Positions 22,650-36,967 of a stretch of 64,000 bases of DNA are shown piece by piece. The stretch covers positions 101,992,001-102,056,000 of the forward strand of contig CM059431.1 in the NCBI GenBank assembly GCA_030390025.1, given 5' to 3'. The notes under the pieces are model-generated. The model was not told the DNA's origin. It did no database searches and was given only the letters and a program-made list of their open reading frames with translations. Both the position numbers and the translations under genes were made by a program. Origin of the DNA: Squalus acanthias. Lineage: Eukaryota. Position 1 is the first letter of the stretch; the number at the start of each line of letters is the position of its first letter.

Positions 22650-24292
22650 TGACTGCCGCGTTTCCTGCATTACAACAGTGACTACACTTCAAAAGTACTT
22701 CATTGGCTGTAAAGCGCTTTGGGACGTCCTGAGGTCGTGAAAGGCGCTATAGAAATGCAAGTTTTTTTGCCCATCATGCAGTCTAGCCACCTGGCTTGAT
22801 TTTGTTACCTTGCTTAAGGATTCAGCACAAGTTCTCTGGTTCGTTGGCTTTTGACCTGAATGTCCTGCTTTTCGCCGACAAGTACAAATCGAGTGAGGTA
22901 ACCTCTGGTTGGCGGAAAGCTTTCAAGATTCTAACATACCTAAACCTTGGAGTCTGCAAGCTGTAATATCACTAATCATTGACAATTTCTGTCAGCCCCA
23001 CTGATTATTAGATTTTAGTTCTGTGGTTCCAGCAGCAACTCTCAGCTGCCAAGCTATGCAGCAGCACAGAGTTAGGACTTCAATCTTCTCCCTGAGTGAA
23101 TTATGTTCAGCAGGCCTGGTTTAGAGTGGCTTCAAGTTACCGGTTTAAAACTATTTAAAAAAAAAACTGAGGGGAAAATTCACAGTATCCAAACATCAAA
23201 AAATACTCTGCACACTTCAAAATGTACCGTGCTCAATTCTTAACAACTTTCCACTAGCTACTGGAATATCTAACCCATTTGATTAAATGCCATATACAGT
23301 TGCATTTAGTCAAATGAAAAGGAAAGAAAGACATGCGCCTTCCATGACCACCGGACGTCTCAAAGCGCTTTACAGCCAATGAAGTACTTTTTTGAAGTGT
23401 AGTCACTGTTGTAATGTGGGAAACGCGGCAGCCAATTTGCGCACAGCAAGATCCCACAAACAGCAATGTGATAACGACCAGGTAATCTGTTTTTTTGTTA
23501 TGTTGATTGAGGGATAAATATTGACCAGGACACCGGGAATAACTCCCCTGCTCCTCTTCGAAATAGTGCAGTGGGATCTTTTACGCCCACCTAAGAGAGA
23601 GCAGACGGGGCCTCGGTTTAACGTCTCATCCGAAATATGGCACCTCCGACAGTGCAGCACTCCCTCAGTACTGCACTGGAGTGTCAGCCTAGATTTTTGT
23701 GCTCAAATCTCTGGAGTGGGACTTGAACCCACAACCTTCTGACTCAGAGGCCACGGCTGACCACAAATGAACACCAAATCCTTTTCGTAGAAGAGCAGGG
23801 GAGTTTTCCCCGGTGTCCTGGGCCAATATTTATCCCTCAACCAACATCGCTAAAATACAGCTTTTCTGATCATTATCACATTGCTGTTTGGTTGCAGAAG
23901 CTCTTCCACGAGCCTCATGAATGAAACGGTTCGTAGTGTATGAGTGTCCTGTTTTCCTTTAACGTGGAAAGTTTATTCTTAAAACTGTTGCTTTCCAGCT
24001 AAAACCTTCCTCTTAAATAGCTGAATATCTGGTTGTATTAAAAGTAGTGTTCTGCCAAAGTGAATGCTAGTTTTAAATGCAAAGCTGCAATATTTATCCC
24101 TCTACTAATATCACTAACACCTGGTCATTATCACATTGCTGTTTGTGGGAGCTTGCTGTGCGCAAATTGGTTGCCGTGTTTCCCTACATTACAACAGCGA
24201 CGACACTTCAAAAAGTACTTCATTGGCTGTAAAGCGCTTTGGGGTGTCCTGAGGTTGTGAAAGACGTTGTGTAAATGCAAGTTCTTTCTTTC
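22650..24292. mobile_element. Cluster of DeuSINE pieces: 22650-22765(+), 23320-23761(-), 23787-23892(+), 24110-24292(+)
   Basis: Direct similarity to the 6776-7234 family. Confidence 0.75.
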
Positions 24293-25387
24293 TCTATAGG
24301 TTTATAATGACATGCAGCAGATAGAGGAAGGACCTATTTCCCTTGGCAGAGGGGTCAATAACCAGGGGGGCATAGATTTAAAGTAATTGGTCGAAGGATT
24401 AGAGGGGAGTTGAGGGGAAATTTTTTCACCCAGAGGGTGGTGGGGGTCCGGAACTCACTGCCTGAAAGGGTGGTAGAGGCAGAAACCCTCATCACATTTA
24501 AAAAGTACTTGGATGTGCACTTGAAGTGCCGTAACCTACAGGGCTACGGACCAAGAGCTGGAAAGTGGGATTAGGCTCGATAGCTCTTTCTCGGCCGGCA
24601 CAGACATGACGGCCGAATGGCCTCCTTCTGTGCCGTAAATTTTGATGATTCAGTCCTCAATTCTGTTTTACTCTGGAATGTAGTATGAGTATCTGAAGTC
24701 TCGTGCTATGAATAGGTTGAGTAACCCAGGGTGCTGTATAGGAAAGGTCACAAAGATACAAGCCATATCAATGCAAGCTCTTGGTGAATGGCTGTGATCC
24801 TGTATCAATTTTAATCTGAAGCCAATATCTTGCTGCTGCTTTATAGTGAGCAATTCAATAGACAGTATCAGTGAGGCGAAAAGGGCATCTCACTGGATAA
24901 AAGTGATTGGGAAATGCCCTCCTCTGGCCCCTCTCTTTGTCTTACTCCTTTTCTTCATCTCTTGTTCTGAAGTGTTTTTTCTTTTACCCTCATTCACAGC
25001 TCTGGGCAGGTTCTTCCGGAAAGGCAAGTGATGACAATTGCCCTTGTCTGGCAAGTTACACGACCCTTGTTTTCAGACACACTACAATCTTTTGGTGTGG
25101 TTTTAAAATCTCTTAAAGTCCAGTCATCGGTGGACTTTATAGTGCAGGTCCAGCTGAATGCTCCAGGTGTGCAAAAGATGACCCCAACAACCCCCATGCC
25201 AACAGGAATACAATGTGTATTGCAGCATTCAAGCTGATTGAGAGTTTAGTTCAGCCTGTGATCCATTATATAGATTAACATTTCTCTAATGCTTCATTTT
25301 GCGATAACATATTTGACTATTAAAGGAGTGATACACCATGGTATAGTGTTGTATAGTGATTCTACCAGTGAAAAGTTGCAAAATAAG

Positions 25388-25823
25388 GCCTTTCGGACTC
25401 AACATTGAGTTCAACAATTTCAGATCATAACCACTGCTCCCATTTTTTCAGATAGCAGGTGCTGGTAATAATTCTGCCATTCCCATTTACACCTCCTCTA
25501 GACCCATCCTTTGTTTCTTTACTTGTCCCATTACCATCTCCTTTTGTCTTGTCCCACCATCCCTTTTGTCATTTAATCTCTCCTGCCTTCCAACTTATCA
25601 CAGACCTTCCCTTTTGTTCTTTCCTCCCCACCCCTCCCCCTTTCCCTGCCCTTGCACTTGCTTAAAACCTGTTGCACCTCTAACTTTTTCCAGTGCTGAC
25701 GAAAGGTCATCGACCTGAATCGTTGACTCTGCTTCTCGCTCCACAGATGTGGCCTGAGCTGCCGAGCATTTCCAGCATTTTTTTAAATTTCAGATTTTCA
25801 GCATCTGCAGTGTTTTGCTTTTG
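25388..25823 (+). mobile_element. Penelope-like family A-related 3' end, degenerate hammerhead at ~25692-25728
   Basis: Begins with PFGLNIEFNNFRS coding; contains CTGACGAAAGGTCATCGACCTGAATCGTT; same tail as other copies. Confidence 0.75.
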
Positions 25824-27039
25824 TACCATGCCATTCTACTTCTTTTATTAAAAAGTCCTACCTCCTGCAAAATAAATCGCTGAAAGCTGATTTAGCCAGT
25901 CCCAGGGTCTTGTCCAGACTCTGTTATAACTCACTCTCTTGATGCAGGTAAAATAGCAGCTCCAATTGGGATGGCAACCACTTCCCTTGTTAGTTTTAAA
26001 CGGGTGAACTTGCATTGACAGAGTGCCTTTGTATAAAACACAAGTTAGGCCACAGCTAGAATACTGCGTGCAGTTCTGGTCACCACATTACAGGAAAGAT
26101 GTGATTGCACTAGAGAGGGTACAGAGGAGATTTACGAGGATGTTGCCAGGACTGGAGAATTTTAGCTATGAGGAAAGATTGGATTGGCTGGGGTTGTTTT
26201 CTTTGGAACACAGGAGGCTGAGGGGAGATTTAATTGAGGTGTATAAAATTATGAGGGGCCTAGATAGAGTGGATAGGAAAGACCTATTTCCCTTAGCAGT
26301 GAGGTCAATAACCAGGGGGCATAGATTTAAAGTAATTGGTAGAAGGATTAGAGGGGAGTTGAGGGGAACTTTTTTCACCCAGAGGGTGGTGGGGGGTCTG
26401 GAACTCACTGCCTGAAAGGGTGGTAGAGGCAGAAACCCTCATTGCATTTAAAAAGTACTTGGATATGCACTTGAAGTGCCGTAACCTACAGGGCTACGGA
26501 CCAAGAGCTGGAAAGTGGGATTAGGCTGGTTCACTCTTTTTCGGCCGGCACAGACACGATGGGCCAAATGGCCTCCTTCTGTGTCGTAAACTTCTATGAT
26601 TCTTTCTTATCCTCAGGATATTCCAAAGTGCTTAGTAAAATAGGAACCCTCAAGCCTGTTCTGCCATTCTATTAGATCAAAGCTAATTGGTACCTCATTT
26701 ATTTTGGGCTTTTTGCTTTGTCAGGGGCTGCTCAAATGACATCTGGTAGATATTTGCTGTTCATTTGACTAAATGCAATTGTATAAGGGATAGCGTTTAT
26801 CAAATGGGGTAGAAAATCCAGTTTGAAATGGAAAGTTGTTACGATTTGAGCACGGTACCTTCAGAAGTGCAAAAAGTATTTTTTTGAAATTTGAATGGTG
26901 TGAATTTTCCATTGAGTTTTTTATAGTCTATACCTCGAGCTGCAACAGAGTTTCCATATTTTGCTCTTGCGTGGATCAGGGGTCGCAGCCGCCTCTGAAT
27001 GAGAAGTTTCTGGGGTCAAACCTCTCTCGAAAGAAAAAA

Positions 27040-27412
27040 AAGGACTTGCATTTATATAACGCCTTTCATGACCACCGGACGTCTCAAAGCGCTTTACTGC
27101 CAATGAAGTACTTTTTGAAGTGTAGTCACTGTTGTAATGTAGGAAATGCGACAGCCAGTTTGCGCACAGCAAGCTCCCACAAACAGCAATGTGATAATGA
27201 CCAGGTCATCTGTTTTAGTGATGCTGATTGAGCGATAAATATTTAATAGGACAACGAGGATAACGCCCCCTGCTCCTCTTCGAAATAATGCCATGGGATC
27301 TTTTACGTCCACCTGAGAGAGCAGATAGGGCCTCGGTTTAACATCTCATCCTAAAGATAGCACCTCCAACAGTGCAGCACTCCCTCAGTACTGCACTAGA
27401 GTGTCAGCCTAG
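27040..27412 (-). mobile_element. DeuSINE copy lacking the tRNA head
   Basis: Same family. Confidence 0.8.
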
Positions 27413-28082
27413 TAGAGCTCATTAAAAGTATGTAGGGTTTCGCTAGGGTACACATAGAGAAGATGTTTCCACTTAGAGGCAGTCCAAAACTAGGGGCATA
27501 AATATAAGATAGTCACTAATAAATCCAATAGGGCATTCAGGAGAAACCTCTTTACCCAGAGAGTGGTGAGAATGTGGAACTCGCTCCCACAGGGAGTGGT
27601 TGAGACGAGTAGCAGAGATGCATTTAAGGGGAAGCTGGATAAACACACGAGAGAGAAAGGAATAGAAGGATATACTGACGGGGTAGATGAAGTAGGGTGG
27701 GAGGAGGCTCGTGTGGAGCATAAACACCGGCACGGACCAGTTGGGACGAATGGCCTGTTTCTGTAATGGCCTGTCGATGTAATAGTCTTTTGATTCTTGA
27801 TGTACTTCGTAGAAATTGCAGAAAACCCAGTATATTCTGAATTTAATAAGGCGCAACATTCTGGCCTTTCTTTGTCTTGACGTAATATATATATTACCCC
27901 ATGCATGTTCTAATTTGATCCTACTATAATAAATTGTTTTGCAACAGTCTTTTCACCCTTCGCATTGGTTTGTTTAATTTATAGAAATGTAAGGGTACTT
28001 GAGATCTGTTAAGGAATGTTAGCTAATAGGAACTTAAAATCCACTTGGGGTTTGTAGTGTGTTCATAGTGTGCAGCACTTTC

Positions 28083-28350
28083 AACAACAACTTGCATTTA
28101 TACAGCTCCTTTAACGTAGCAAATCCTCCCAAGGCGCTTCACAGGAGCATTAATCAGATAAAATTTGACAGCGAGCCACATGAGATATTAGGACAGGTGA
28201 CCAAAAGCTTGGTCAAAGAGGTGGGTTTTAAGGAGCGTCTTAAAGGAGGAGAGAGAGGCGGAGAGGGTTTAGGGAGGGAATTCCAGAGCTTGGGGCCCAG
28301 GCAGCTGAAGGCACGGCCCCAATACTGGAGCAGAAGAAGTGGAGGATGCC
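28083..28350 (-). mobile_element. L2-clade LINE 3' end
   Basis: Matches 4016-4290. Confidence 0.8.
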
Positions 28351-28439
28351 CAAGAGGCTAGACTTTTACGTTGCTTGTTAATGTATTGTGATTCACCCTA
28401 TAAGCAGTTTTTTTGATAAATTGTTCATTTCATGCACAG

Positions 28440-28496
28440 GATACAAAATTATGGATTATAATGGAATACCTAGGTGGTGGCTCTGCCTTAGATCTG
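28440..28496 (+). CDS. STK24: STK24 exon 3 equivalent (57 nt, hinge region)
   Basis: CAG acceptor at 28437-28439; DTKLWIIMEYLGGGSALDL; donor GTAAGT. Confidence 0.96.
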
Positions 28497-31230
28497 GTAA
28501 GTAAATTATTTTTACATTTTGCTATGGAAGATTAATTGGGAATCTTTATCCTTTTGAAAACAGGAATTTAATCACTGTGGCGAGATTGCTCTAGTGACTT
28601 TGCCCAGATTAGGTCTTGCAGGAGCTACTGTTTTATTAAATGGAAAAAATGTTGGCTAATGGCCCGGATTTTGCAGTGGTAATGACGGCGAAACTGTCGG
28701 CGTTTGCCATCATTACCCCTCTGAAATTGACTGTAACTTCAGGATTTAGTGCGTGCACAGATAAACGTGGAGATCCTGAAGTTGCAGTCAGCCATTCCCC
28801 GCTGTGCTGTGGAACTCCCCACAGCCGGCAATCAGTTGAATGGACAAAAACTTCCCCTTTTCCGCTCTAATATCGCTGTTAAACACCCCATAAAATGTTA
28901 AGCCTTGTTGAAAAAGGTGTACTGGGGTTTTAACAGCGTATTGACTGTTAAACAACTGTTCTGGCCCTGAAAAACGAATGTTTGTGGAATGTCAAATTTC
29001 TCCATTATGATAAAAGATACTAGAATTTTAAAATAATAAATATTTTTTTAAAAGTTTCTTTATGATAGTTCAGCTTCTACCTTAACCCCATGTGTATGTC
29101 CCAATCTTTATTTCGTGCTCTATAAAATTTAAAAAAAATGAATGATGAAAGCTGCTATTTATTTCCTGGTTTGCTGTCTGTGAGAATTCTTCAATGTGAT
29201 TGGCTGCTTAGACAGCTTAATGACATCACTGCTGCTGTATGCTGGAGTTCCCCTTTTGACAGCGCTACAATCAAATTAAGGTTGAGAAAGCTAAAGTTAA
29301 TAAGTTTTAGTTTAATTTTCAATTGCAATTTTCTAAACCAATTTCCTGCAATGCAGCTGAAAAATTAAGATTGTAATTTAGTGAAATATTTAGATTCCAG
29401 AAAATGCATCGGCGGTATTAAATTTGAAGCTGAAATGTTTAAGCTTTCCCCCTCCTCCATATCTGTATGGGAAATGTGCCCTCCTTCAAGTGATTTGAGC
29501 GTGTTGCAAATCTGACCTGCATCTAAAATTGTTACAAGACTGGCTAAAATTGGAATTTGGGAAATCAGGATAAGGAGACGCTAAGATAGATCTTGCAAAT
29601 CTAAAGAACTAACTGGAATATAGAACTCGTAATCAAATTAATGGCAGCTATTGAAATTCTGTGCGTTGATTAATTATTGTGCATAGGTCCCTGAAGGTGG
29701 CAGGACATATTGAGAGAGTGGTTAGCAAAGCATATGGGATCTTGGGCTTCATAAATAGAGGTATTGAGTACAAAAACAGAGAAGTTATGCTGAACCTTTA
29801 TAAAGCACTAGTTAGGCCACAACTGGAGTATTGCGTCCAGTTCTGGTCACCACACTTTAGGAAGGATGTGAAGGCTCTTGACAGGGTGCAGAGGAGATTT
29901 CCCAGAATGGTTCCGGGGATGGGAGATCTTAGTTATAAGGACAGGTTGGAGAAGCTGGATTTGTTTTCATGAGAGCAAAGGAGGTTGAGGGGTGATTTGA
30001 TAGAGGTGTACAAGATTATGACGGGTTTGGATAGGCTAGACGGGGAAAGGCTGTTCCCACTAGTTGATGGTACAAGGACTAGGGGACACAGATTTAAGGT
30101 TTTGGGCAAGAGATACAGGGGGGACGTGAGGAAAAACTTGTTTACGCAGCGAGTGGTGAGGACCTGGAACTCGCTGCCGACGGAAGTGGTGGAAGCGGAC
30201 ACACACAATGTTTTCAAGGGGAGACTGGATAGGCACTTGAGGGAAATAAACTTGCAGGGCTATGGGGATGGAGCGGGGGAGTGGGACTGACTGGATTGCT
30301 CTGCAGTGAGCCGGCACGGACTCGATGGGCTGAATGGCCTCATTCTGTGCCATTATGACTCTTGAGGAAATTTTTGTAAGATGAATTTCCTTCAGGAATT
30401 TTAGTGAAAAATCAACTCGTAAAGTAGATTGTGTCTTCCCCCTCCTGAAAAAATTCTTCAGCTTCATTATACGAATTGGAAACTTTTCCTTATCATTTTA
30501 AGTAAATGGGCAGATTTGTAAACTGCAGATGCAAGGGATATATTTTAGATAGATAAGTACATGAGGGAGAGAGGAATAGAAGGATATGTTGATAGGGTGA
30601 GATGAACTAAGGAGGGAGGAGACTCTTCCAGAGTACTGCGTTCAGTTCTGGGCCCCGCACCTCAGGAAGGTTATAACGGCCTTTGAGGGGGGGCAGCGCA
30701 GATTCACCAGAATGATACCGGAGCTAAAAGGATTAAAATATGAGGACAGGTTGCATCGACTCGTCATGTATTCTCTTGAGTTTAGAAGATCAAGGGTGAT
30801 CTAATCGAGGTGTTTAAGATGATTAAAGGAGTTGATAGGGTAGATAGAGAGAAACTATTTCCTCTGGTGGGGGGAGAGTCCAGAACAAGGGGGCATCACC
30901 TTAAAATTAGAGCCAGGCCGTTCAGGTGTGATGTCAGGAAGCACTTCTTCACACAAAGGGTGGTGGAAATCTGGAACACTCTCCCCAGAAAAAGCTGTTC
31001 AGGCTGGGGGTCAGTTGGAAATTTCAAAACTGAGATTGAGAGATTTTTGTTAGGCAAAAGTATTAAGAGATACGGAACCAAGGCGGGGAGATGGAGTTAA
31101 AATACAGATCAGCCATGATCTCATTGAATGGCGGAACAGGCTCGAGGGGCTGAACGGCCTCCTCCTGTTCCTGTGAAATATTTTGTTAAGTATTTAACTC
31201 TATAGATTTGATTGTGTGTTTTATCTCTAG

Positions 31231-31339
31231 TTAGAACCTGGTTCACTGGATGAAAACCAGATTGCAACAATACTAAGGGAAATTTTAAAAGGCCTTGAAT
31301 ATTTGCACTCTGAAAAGAAAATCCACAGGGATATCAAAG
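31231..31339 (+). CDS. STK24: STK24 exon 4 equivalent (109 nt, HRD motif)
   Basis: TAG acceptor; [36 protein letters not shown] plus 1 nt; donor GTAGGA. Confidence 0.96.
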
Positions 31340-31397
31340 GTAGGAAAGTGCACTTGTATTTTTTTAACCAAGTAATCGTGTTCGAGTCTCTCACTAA

Positions 31398-31604
<207 letters not shown>

Positions 31605-31671
31605 TGAACTGCAGATTAATACTTGGAAGTATATCTCCCATTTGAGACCTGAGGCAGAGTTTGCAGGTGTT

Positions 31672-32298
31672 CACCCGACTCTGCCCCTGCCTCAGCTCAT
31701 CCGCTGCTGAAACCCTCATCCATGCCTTTGTTACCTCTAGACACCACTATTCCAATGCTCCCCTGTTCGGCCTCCCACTTTCCACCCGCCGTAACCTTAA
31801 GCTCATCCAAAACTCTGCTGCATGTATCCTAACTCACACCAAGTTCCGTTCGCCCATCACCCCTGTGCTCGCTGACCTACATTGGCTCCCGGTCCAGCAA
31901 CTCCTCGATTTTAAAATTCTCAGCCTTGTATTCAAATTCCTCCATGGCCTCGCCCCTCCCTATCTCTGTAACCTCCTCCAGCCCCACAACCCTCAGAGAT
32001 CTCTGCGCTCCTCCAATTCTGGCCTCTTGCACATGCCTGATTTTCATCGCCCCACCATTGGCGGCCGTGCCTTCAGCCCTAAGCTCTGGAATTCCCTGCC
32101 TAAACCTCTCCGCCTCGCTACCTCTCTTTCCTCCTTTGAGACGCTCCTTAAAACCTACCTCTTTGACCAAGCTTTTGGTCACCTGTCCTAATATCTCCTT
32201 ATGTGGCTTGGTGTCACATTTTGTTGCTAACACTCCTGTGAAGCGCCATGGGACGTTTTATTACTTTAAAGGTGCTATGTAAATGCAAGTTGTTGTTG
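31672..32298 (+). mobile_element. L2-clade LINE 3' fragment
   Basis: ORF 31661-32191: ETLIHAFVTSR..YSN...IQNSAA...LHWLPV...LKTYLF. Confidence 0.85.
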
Positions 32299-32541
32299 TA
32301 GACGTACCCTGGATCTGTGTCAGTAATAAAAAAAAATTTTGGCCGAACTATTTTGGTTGACTGTGGAACTTGCTACCACATAGTTGTTGAGGCGAATAGC
32401 ATAGATACATTTAAGGGGAAGCTGGATAATCACATGAGGGAGAAATATGCTCAACCTTTATAAAACACTGGTTAGTCCTCAGCTGGAGTATTGTGTCCAA
32501 TTCTGGGCACCACACTTTAGGAAGGATGTCAAGGCCTTGGA

Positions 32542-33185
32542 ATCATAGAATCATAGAAGATAGGAGCAGGAGTAGGCCATTTGGCCCCTCTAGCCTGCTC
32601 CGCCATTCAATGCGATCATGGCTGATCATCCAAATTCAGTACCCTGTCCCTGCTTTCTCCCCATATCCCTTGATCCCTTTAGCCTTAAGAAATATATCCA
32701 ACTCCTTCTTGAATCTATTTAATGAATTGGCCTCTACTGCCTTCTGTGGCAGAGAATTCCACAGGTTCACCACTCTCTGGGTGAAGAAATTCCTCCTCAT
32801 TTCTGTCCTAAATGGCTTACCCCTTATCCTTAGACTGTGACCCCTGGTTCTGGACTCCCCGACCATCGGGAACATCCTTCCTGCATCTAGTTTGTCCTGT
32901 CCTGTCAGAATTTTATAAGTTTCAATGAGATCCCCTCTCATTCTTCTAAACTCCAGCGAGTATAAGCCCAATCGACCCAATCTCTCTTCATACGTCATTC
33001 CTGCCATCCCAGGTATCAGCCTTGTGAATCTTCGCTGAACTCCTTCCATGGCAAGAACATCCTTCCTCAGATAAGGCGACCAAAACTGCACACAGTACTC
33101 AAGGTGTGGTCTCACCAAGGCCCTGTCCAGCTGCAGCAAGACATCCTTGTTCCTGTACACAAACCCTCTCACTATGAAGGCCAAA
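32542..33185 (-). mobile_element. CR1 3' fragment nested in another CR1
   Basis: ORF 32636-33184 [15 protein letters not shown]...FFTQRVVNLWNSLP; TGGA repeated at both junctions. Confidence 0.85.
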
Positions 33186-33560
33186 TGGAGAGGGTGCAGA
33201 GGAGATTTACTGGAATGGTACCAGGGATGAGGGGCTACAGTTCTGTGGAGAGAGTAGAGAAGCTGGGGGTGTTCTCCTTAGAGCAGGGAAGGCTAAGAGG
33301 AGATTTGATAGAAGTGATCAAAATCATGTAGGGTTTATTAGAATAAATAAGGAGAAACTGTTTCGAGTGGCAGAGGGTGGGTAACCAGAGGACACAGAAT
33401 TAAGGTAATTGGCAAAAGAACCAATGGCGACGTGAGTGCATTTTATTTTAAGCAGCGAGTTGTTGTGATCTGGAATGCGCTGCCTGAAAGGACGATGGAA
33501 GCAGATTCAATAACTTTCAAAGGGGAATTGGATCAATACTTGACGGGGAAATAATTTAAG

Positions 33561-36500
33561 GACAGAATCTATTTGGTTAGAGTTGAGAAACAATAGAGGT
33601 GCCATTACACTACTCAGTGTATTCTATAGGCCACCAACTAGTGGGAAGGACATAGAGAAGCAAATTTGCAAGGAAATTACAGAGAGAGGTGCAAGAACTA
33701 TAGAGCAGTGATAATGGGGGACGTCAATTATCCTAATAGAGACTGGGATAGTAATAGTGTAAAGGGCAGAGAGGGGGAAGAATTTCTGAGGTGTGTTCAG
33801 GAGAACTTTCTTGATCAGTACGTTTCCAGCCCAATGAAGAAGGAGGCATTGCTGGATCTGGTTCTGGGGAATGAGGTGGGTCAAGTGGAGCAAGTGTTAG
33901 TCGGGGAATATTTAGTGAACAGTGACCATTGTATCATAAGGTTTAGATTAGCTATGAAAAAGGACAGGGAGCAATCTAGAGTAAAAATACTTAATTGGAG
34001 GAAGGCAAATTTCAGTGGGTTGAGAACGGATCTGGCCCAGGTAAATTGGAATCAAAGATTGGCAGGCAAAACTGTAATCGAACAATGTGCTGCCTTTAAA
34101 GAGGAGATGGTTCGGGTACAGTCGAGGTGCATTCCCACGAGGGGGAAAGGTAGGGCAACTAAAGCCAGAGCTCCCTGGATGATGAAAGAGAGAGAGAGAA
34201 AAGATGAAGCAGAAAAAGAGCGCGTATGACAGATGTTAGGTTGAGAATCAGGCTGAATATAGAAAGTTCAGAGGGGAAGTGAAAAAGAAAATGAGAGGCA
34301 AAGAGAGAGTATGAGAATAGATTGGCAGCTAACATAAAAGGTAATTCAAAAGACATAAATAATAAACGGGTAGTAAGAGGAGGGGTGGGGACGATTAGGG
34401 ACCAAAAAGGAGATCTACGCATAGAGGCAGAGGGCATGGCTGAGGTACTAAATGAGTACTTTGCATCTGTCTTCACCAAGGAAGAAGATGCTGCCAAAGT
34501 CATAGTGAAAGAGGAGGTGGTGGAGATACGGGATGAGATAAAAATTGATAGAGGAGGTACCAGAAAGGCTATCTGAATTAAAAGTATCAAAGTCATCAGG
34601 ACTGGATGGGATGCACTAGGATGCGGAGGGACGTTAAGGAGGAAATTGCGGAGGTACTGGTCATAATCTTCCAATCCTCCTTAGATACGGGGGTGGTGTC
34701 AGAGGACTGGAGAATTGTAAATGTTACACCCTTGTTCATAAAAGGGTGCAAGGATAAACCCAACAACTACAGGCCAGTCAGTTTAACCTCGGTAGTGGGG
34801 AAGCTTTTAGAATCGATAATACGGGACAAAATTAACAGTCACTTGGACAAGTGTGGATTAATTAAGTAAAGCCAGCACAGATTTGTTAAAGGCAAATCGT
34901 GATTAACTAACTTGATTGAGTTTTTTGATGAGGTAACAGAGAGGGTTGATGAGGGCAATGCGGTTGATGTGGTGTACATGGACTTCCAAAAGGCGTTTGA
35001 TAAAGTGCCACACAATAGGCTTGCCATCATAGTTGAAGCTCATGGAATAAAAGGGACAGTGGCAACATGGATACGAAATTGGCTAAGTGACAGGTAACAG
35101 AGAGTAGTTTTGAACAGTTGTTTTTTGGACTGGAGAAACCTATACACTAGTGTTCCCCAGGGGTCGGTACTAGGACCACTGCTTTTCTTGATATATATTA
35201 AAGACTTGGACTTGGGAGTACAGGGCACAACTTCAAAATTTGCAGATGACACAAAACTTGGAATGTGCTCGCTGACCTACATTGGCCCCCGGTTAAGCAG
35301 CGCCTAGATTTCAAAATTCTCATCCTTGTTTTCAAATCCCTCCATGGCCTCGCCCTCCCTATCTCTGTAATCTCCTTCAGCCCCACAACCACCCCCACCC
35401 CGAGATATCTGTGCTCCTCTAATTCTGCCCTCTTGAGCAAACCTGATTATAATCACTCCACCATTGGTGGCCGTGCCTTCTGTTGCCTGGGCCCTACGCT
35501 CTGGAATTCCCTGCCTAAACCTGTCCGCCTCGCTACCCCTCTCTCCTCCTTTAAGACGCTCCTTAAAACCTACCTCATTGACCAAGCTTTTGGTCACCTG
35601 CCCTAATTTATCTTTATGTGGATAGATGTCAAAAGTTTTTGTCTTAAAATACTCCTGTGCAGCGCCTTGGGACGTTTTACTACATTAAAGGCGCTATATA
35701 AATACAAGTTGTTGTTGTTGATAGTGATAGACTTCAAGAGGACATAGACAGGCTGGTGAAATGGGCGGACATGTGGCAGATGAAATTTAACGCAGAAAAG
35801 TGCCAAGTGATGCATTTTGGTAGGAAGAACGGAGAGGCAATATAAACTAAAGGGTACAATCCTAAAGGGGGTGCATGAACAGAGAGACCTGGGGGTATAT
35901 GTGCACAAATCTTTGAAGGTGCCAGGGCAGGTTGAGAAAGTGGTTAAAAAAGCATACAGGATACCGGGCTTCATAAATAGAAGTATAGAGTACAAAAGCA
36001 AGGAAGTTATGATGAACGTTTGTAAAACACTGGTTTGGCCTCAACTGAAGTATTGTGTCCAATTCCGGGCACTGCACTTTAGGAGGGATGTGAAGGCCTT
36101 AGAGAGGGTTCAGGAAAGATTTACAAGAATGATTCCAGGGATGAGGGACTTCAGTTACGTGGATAGACTAGAGAAGCTGGGGTTGTTCTCCTTAGAACAG
36201 AGAAGGTTGAGAGGAGATTTGATAGAGGTGTTCAAAATCATGAGGTGTCTAGACAGAGTAGATAGAGAGAAACTGTTCCCATTGGCGGAAGAGTCGAGAA
36301 CCAGAGGACACAGATTTAAGGTGATTGGCAAAAGAACCAAAGGCGACATGAGGAAAAACTTTTTTACGCAGCGAGTGGTTAGGATCTGGAATGCACAGCC
36401 TGAGAGGGTGGTGGAGGCAGACTCAATCGTGGCTTTGAAAACGGAATTGGATAAGTACCTGAAGGAAAAAAAATTCACAGGGCTGCAGGGAAAGGGCGGG

Positions 36501-36597
36501 GAGTGCGACTAGCTGAAGTGCTCTTGCAGAGAGCCGGCACGGGTTCGACGGGCCGAACGGCGGCCTCCTGTGCTGTAACTATTCTGTGATTCTGTGG
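33561..36597 (+). mobile_element. Long 5'-truncated CR1 LINE (endonuclease C-part and RT), degenerate
   Basis: IMGDVNYP, LLDLVL, SDH (APE endonuclease); YRPVSLTSVVGK, DFQKAFDKVPH, PQGSVLGP, FADD (RT); multiple stops and frameshifts; ATTCTGTG tail. Confidence 0.9.
35263..35720 (+). mobile_element. L2-clade LINE 3' fragment nested in a CR1 RT
   Basis: Interrupts CR1 just after FADDTKLG; ends in (GTT)n. Confidence 0.85.
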
Positions 36598-36967
36598 TTT
36601 GCAGGGCTCTGGGGAAAGAGCAGGGGGAGTGGGACTAATTGGAGAGCTCTTTCAAAGACAGGCACGATGGGCCGAATGGCCGCCGCCTTTGCTGCATCAT
36701 TCTATGATTCTGTGAAAGGAATAGAAGGATATGATGATAGAGTTAGATGAAGTAGGGTGGGAGGAAGCTCGTGTGGAGCATAAACACCGGCACGGACCAT
36801 AATGGCCTGGTTCGGTGCTGTGCTTTCTGTATATGCCTAATGTACCAAACCTGGTATAGATGGGTTACTTTATAAATTGGCATGTAGACATAAAAGATGT
36901 AAAGTATTTCTATTTAATATTTTGACTACTGTTTTCCCATATACGGATTGCTGACAGCAGAAATTGA

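Larger units (their letters stand above)
24295..31175 (+). mobile_element. CR1 3' fragments 24295-24650, 26023-26605, 27450-27770, 29678-30362, 30545-31175
   Basis: [15 protein letters not shown] / [10 protein letters not shown] / FFTQRVV motifs. Confidence 0.78.
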
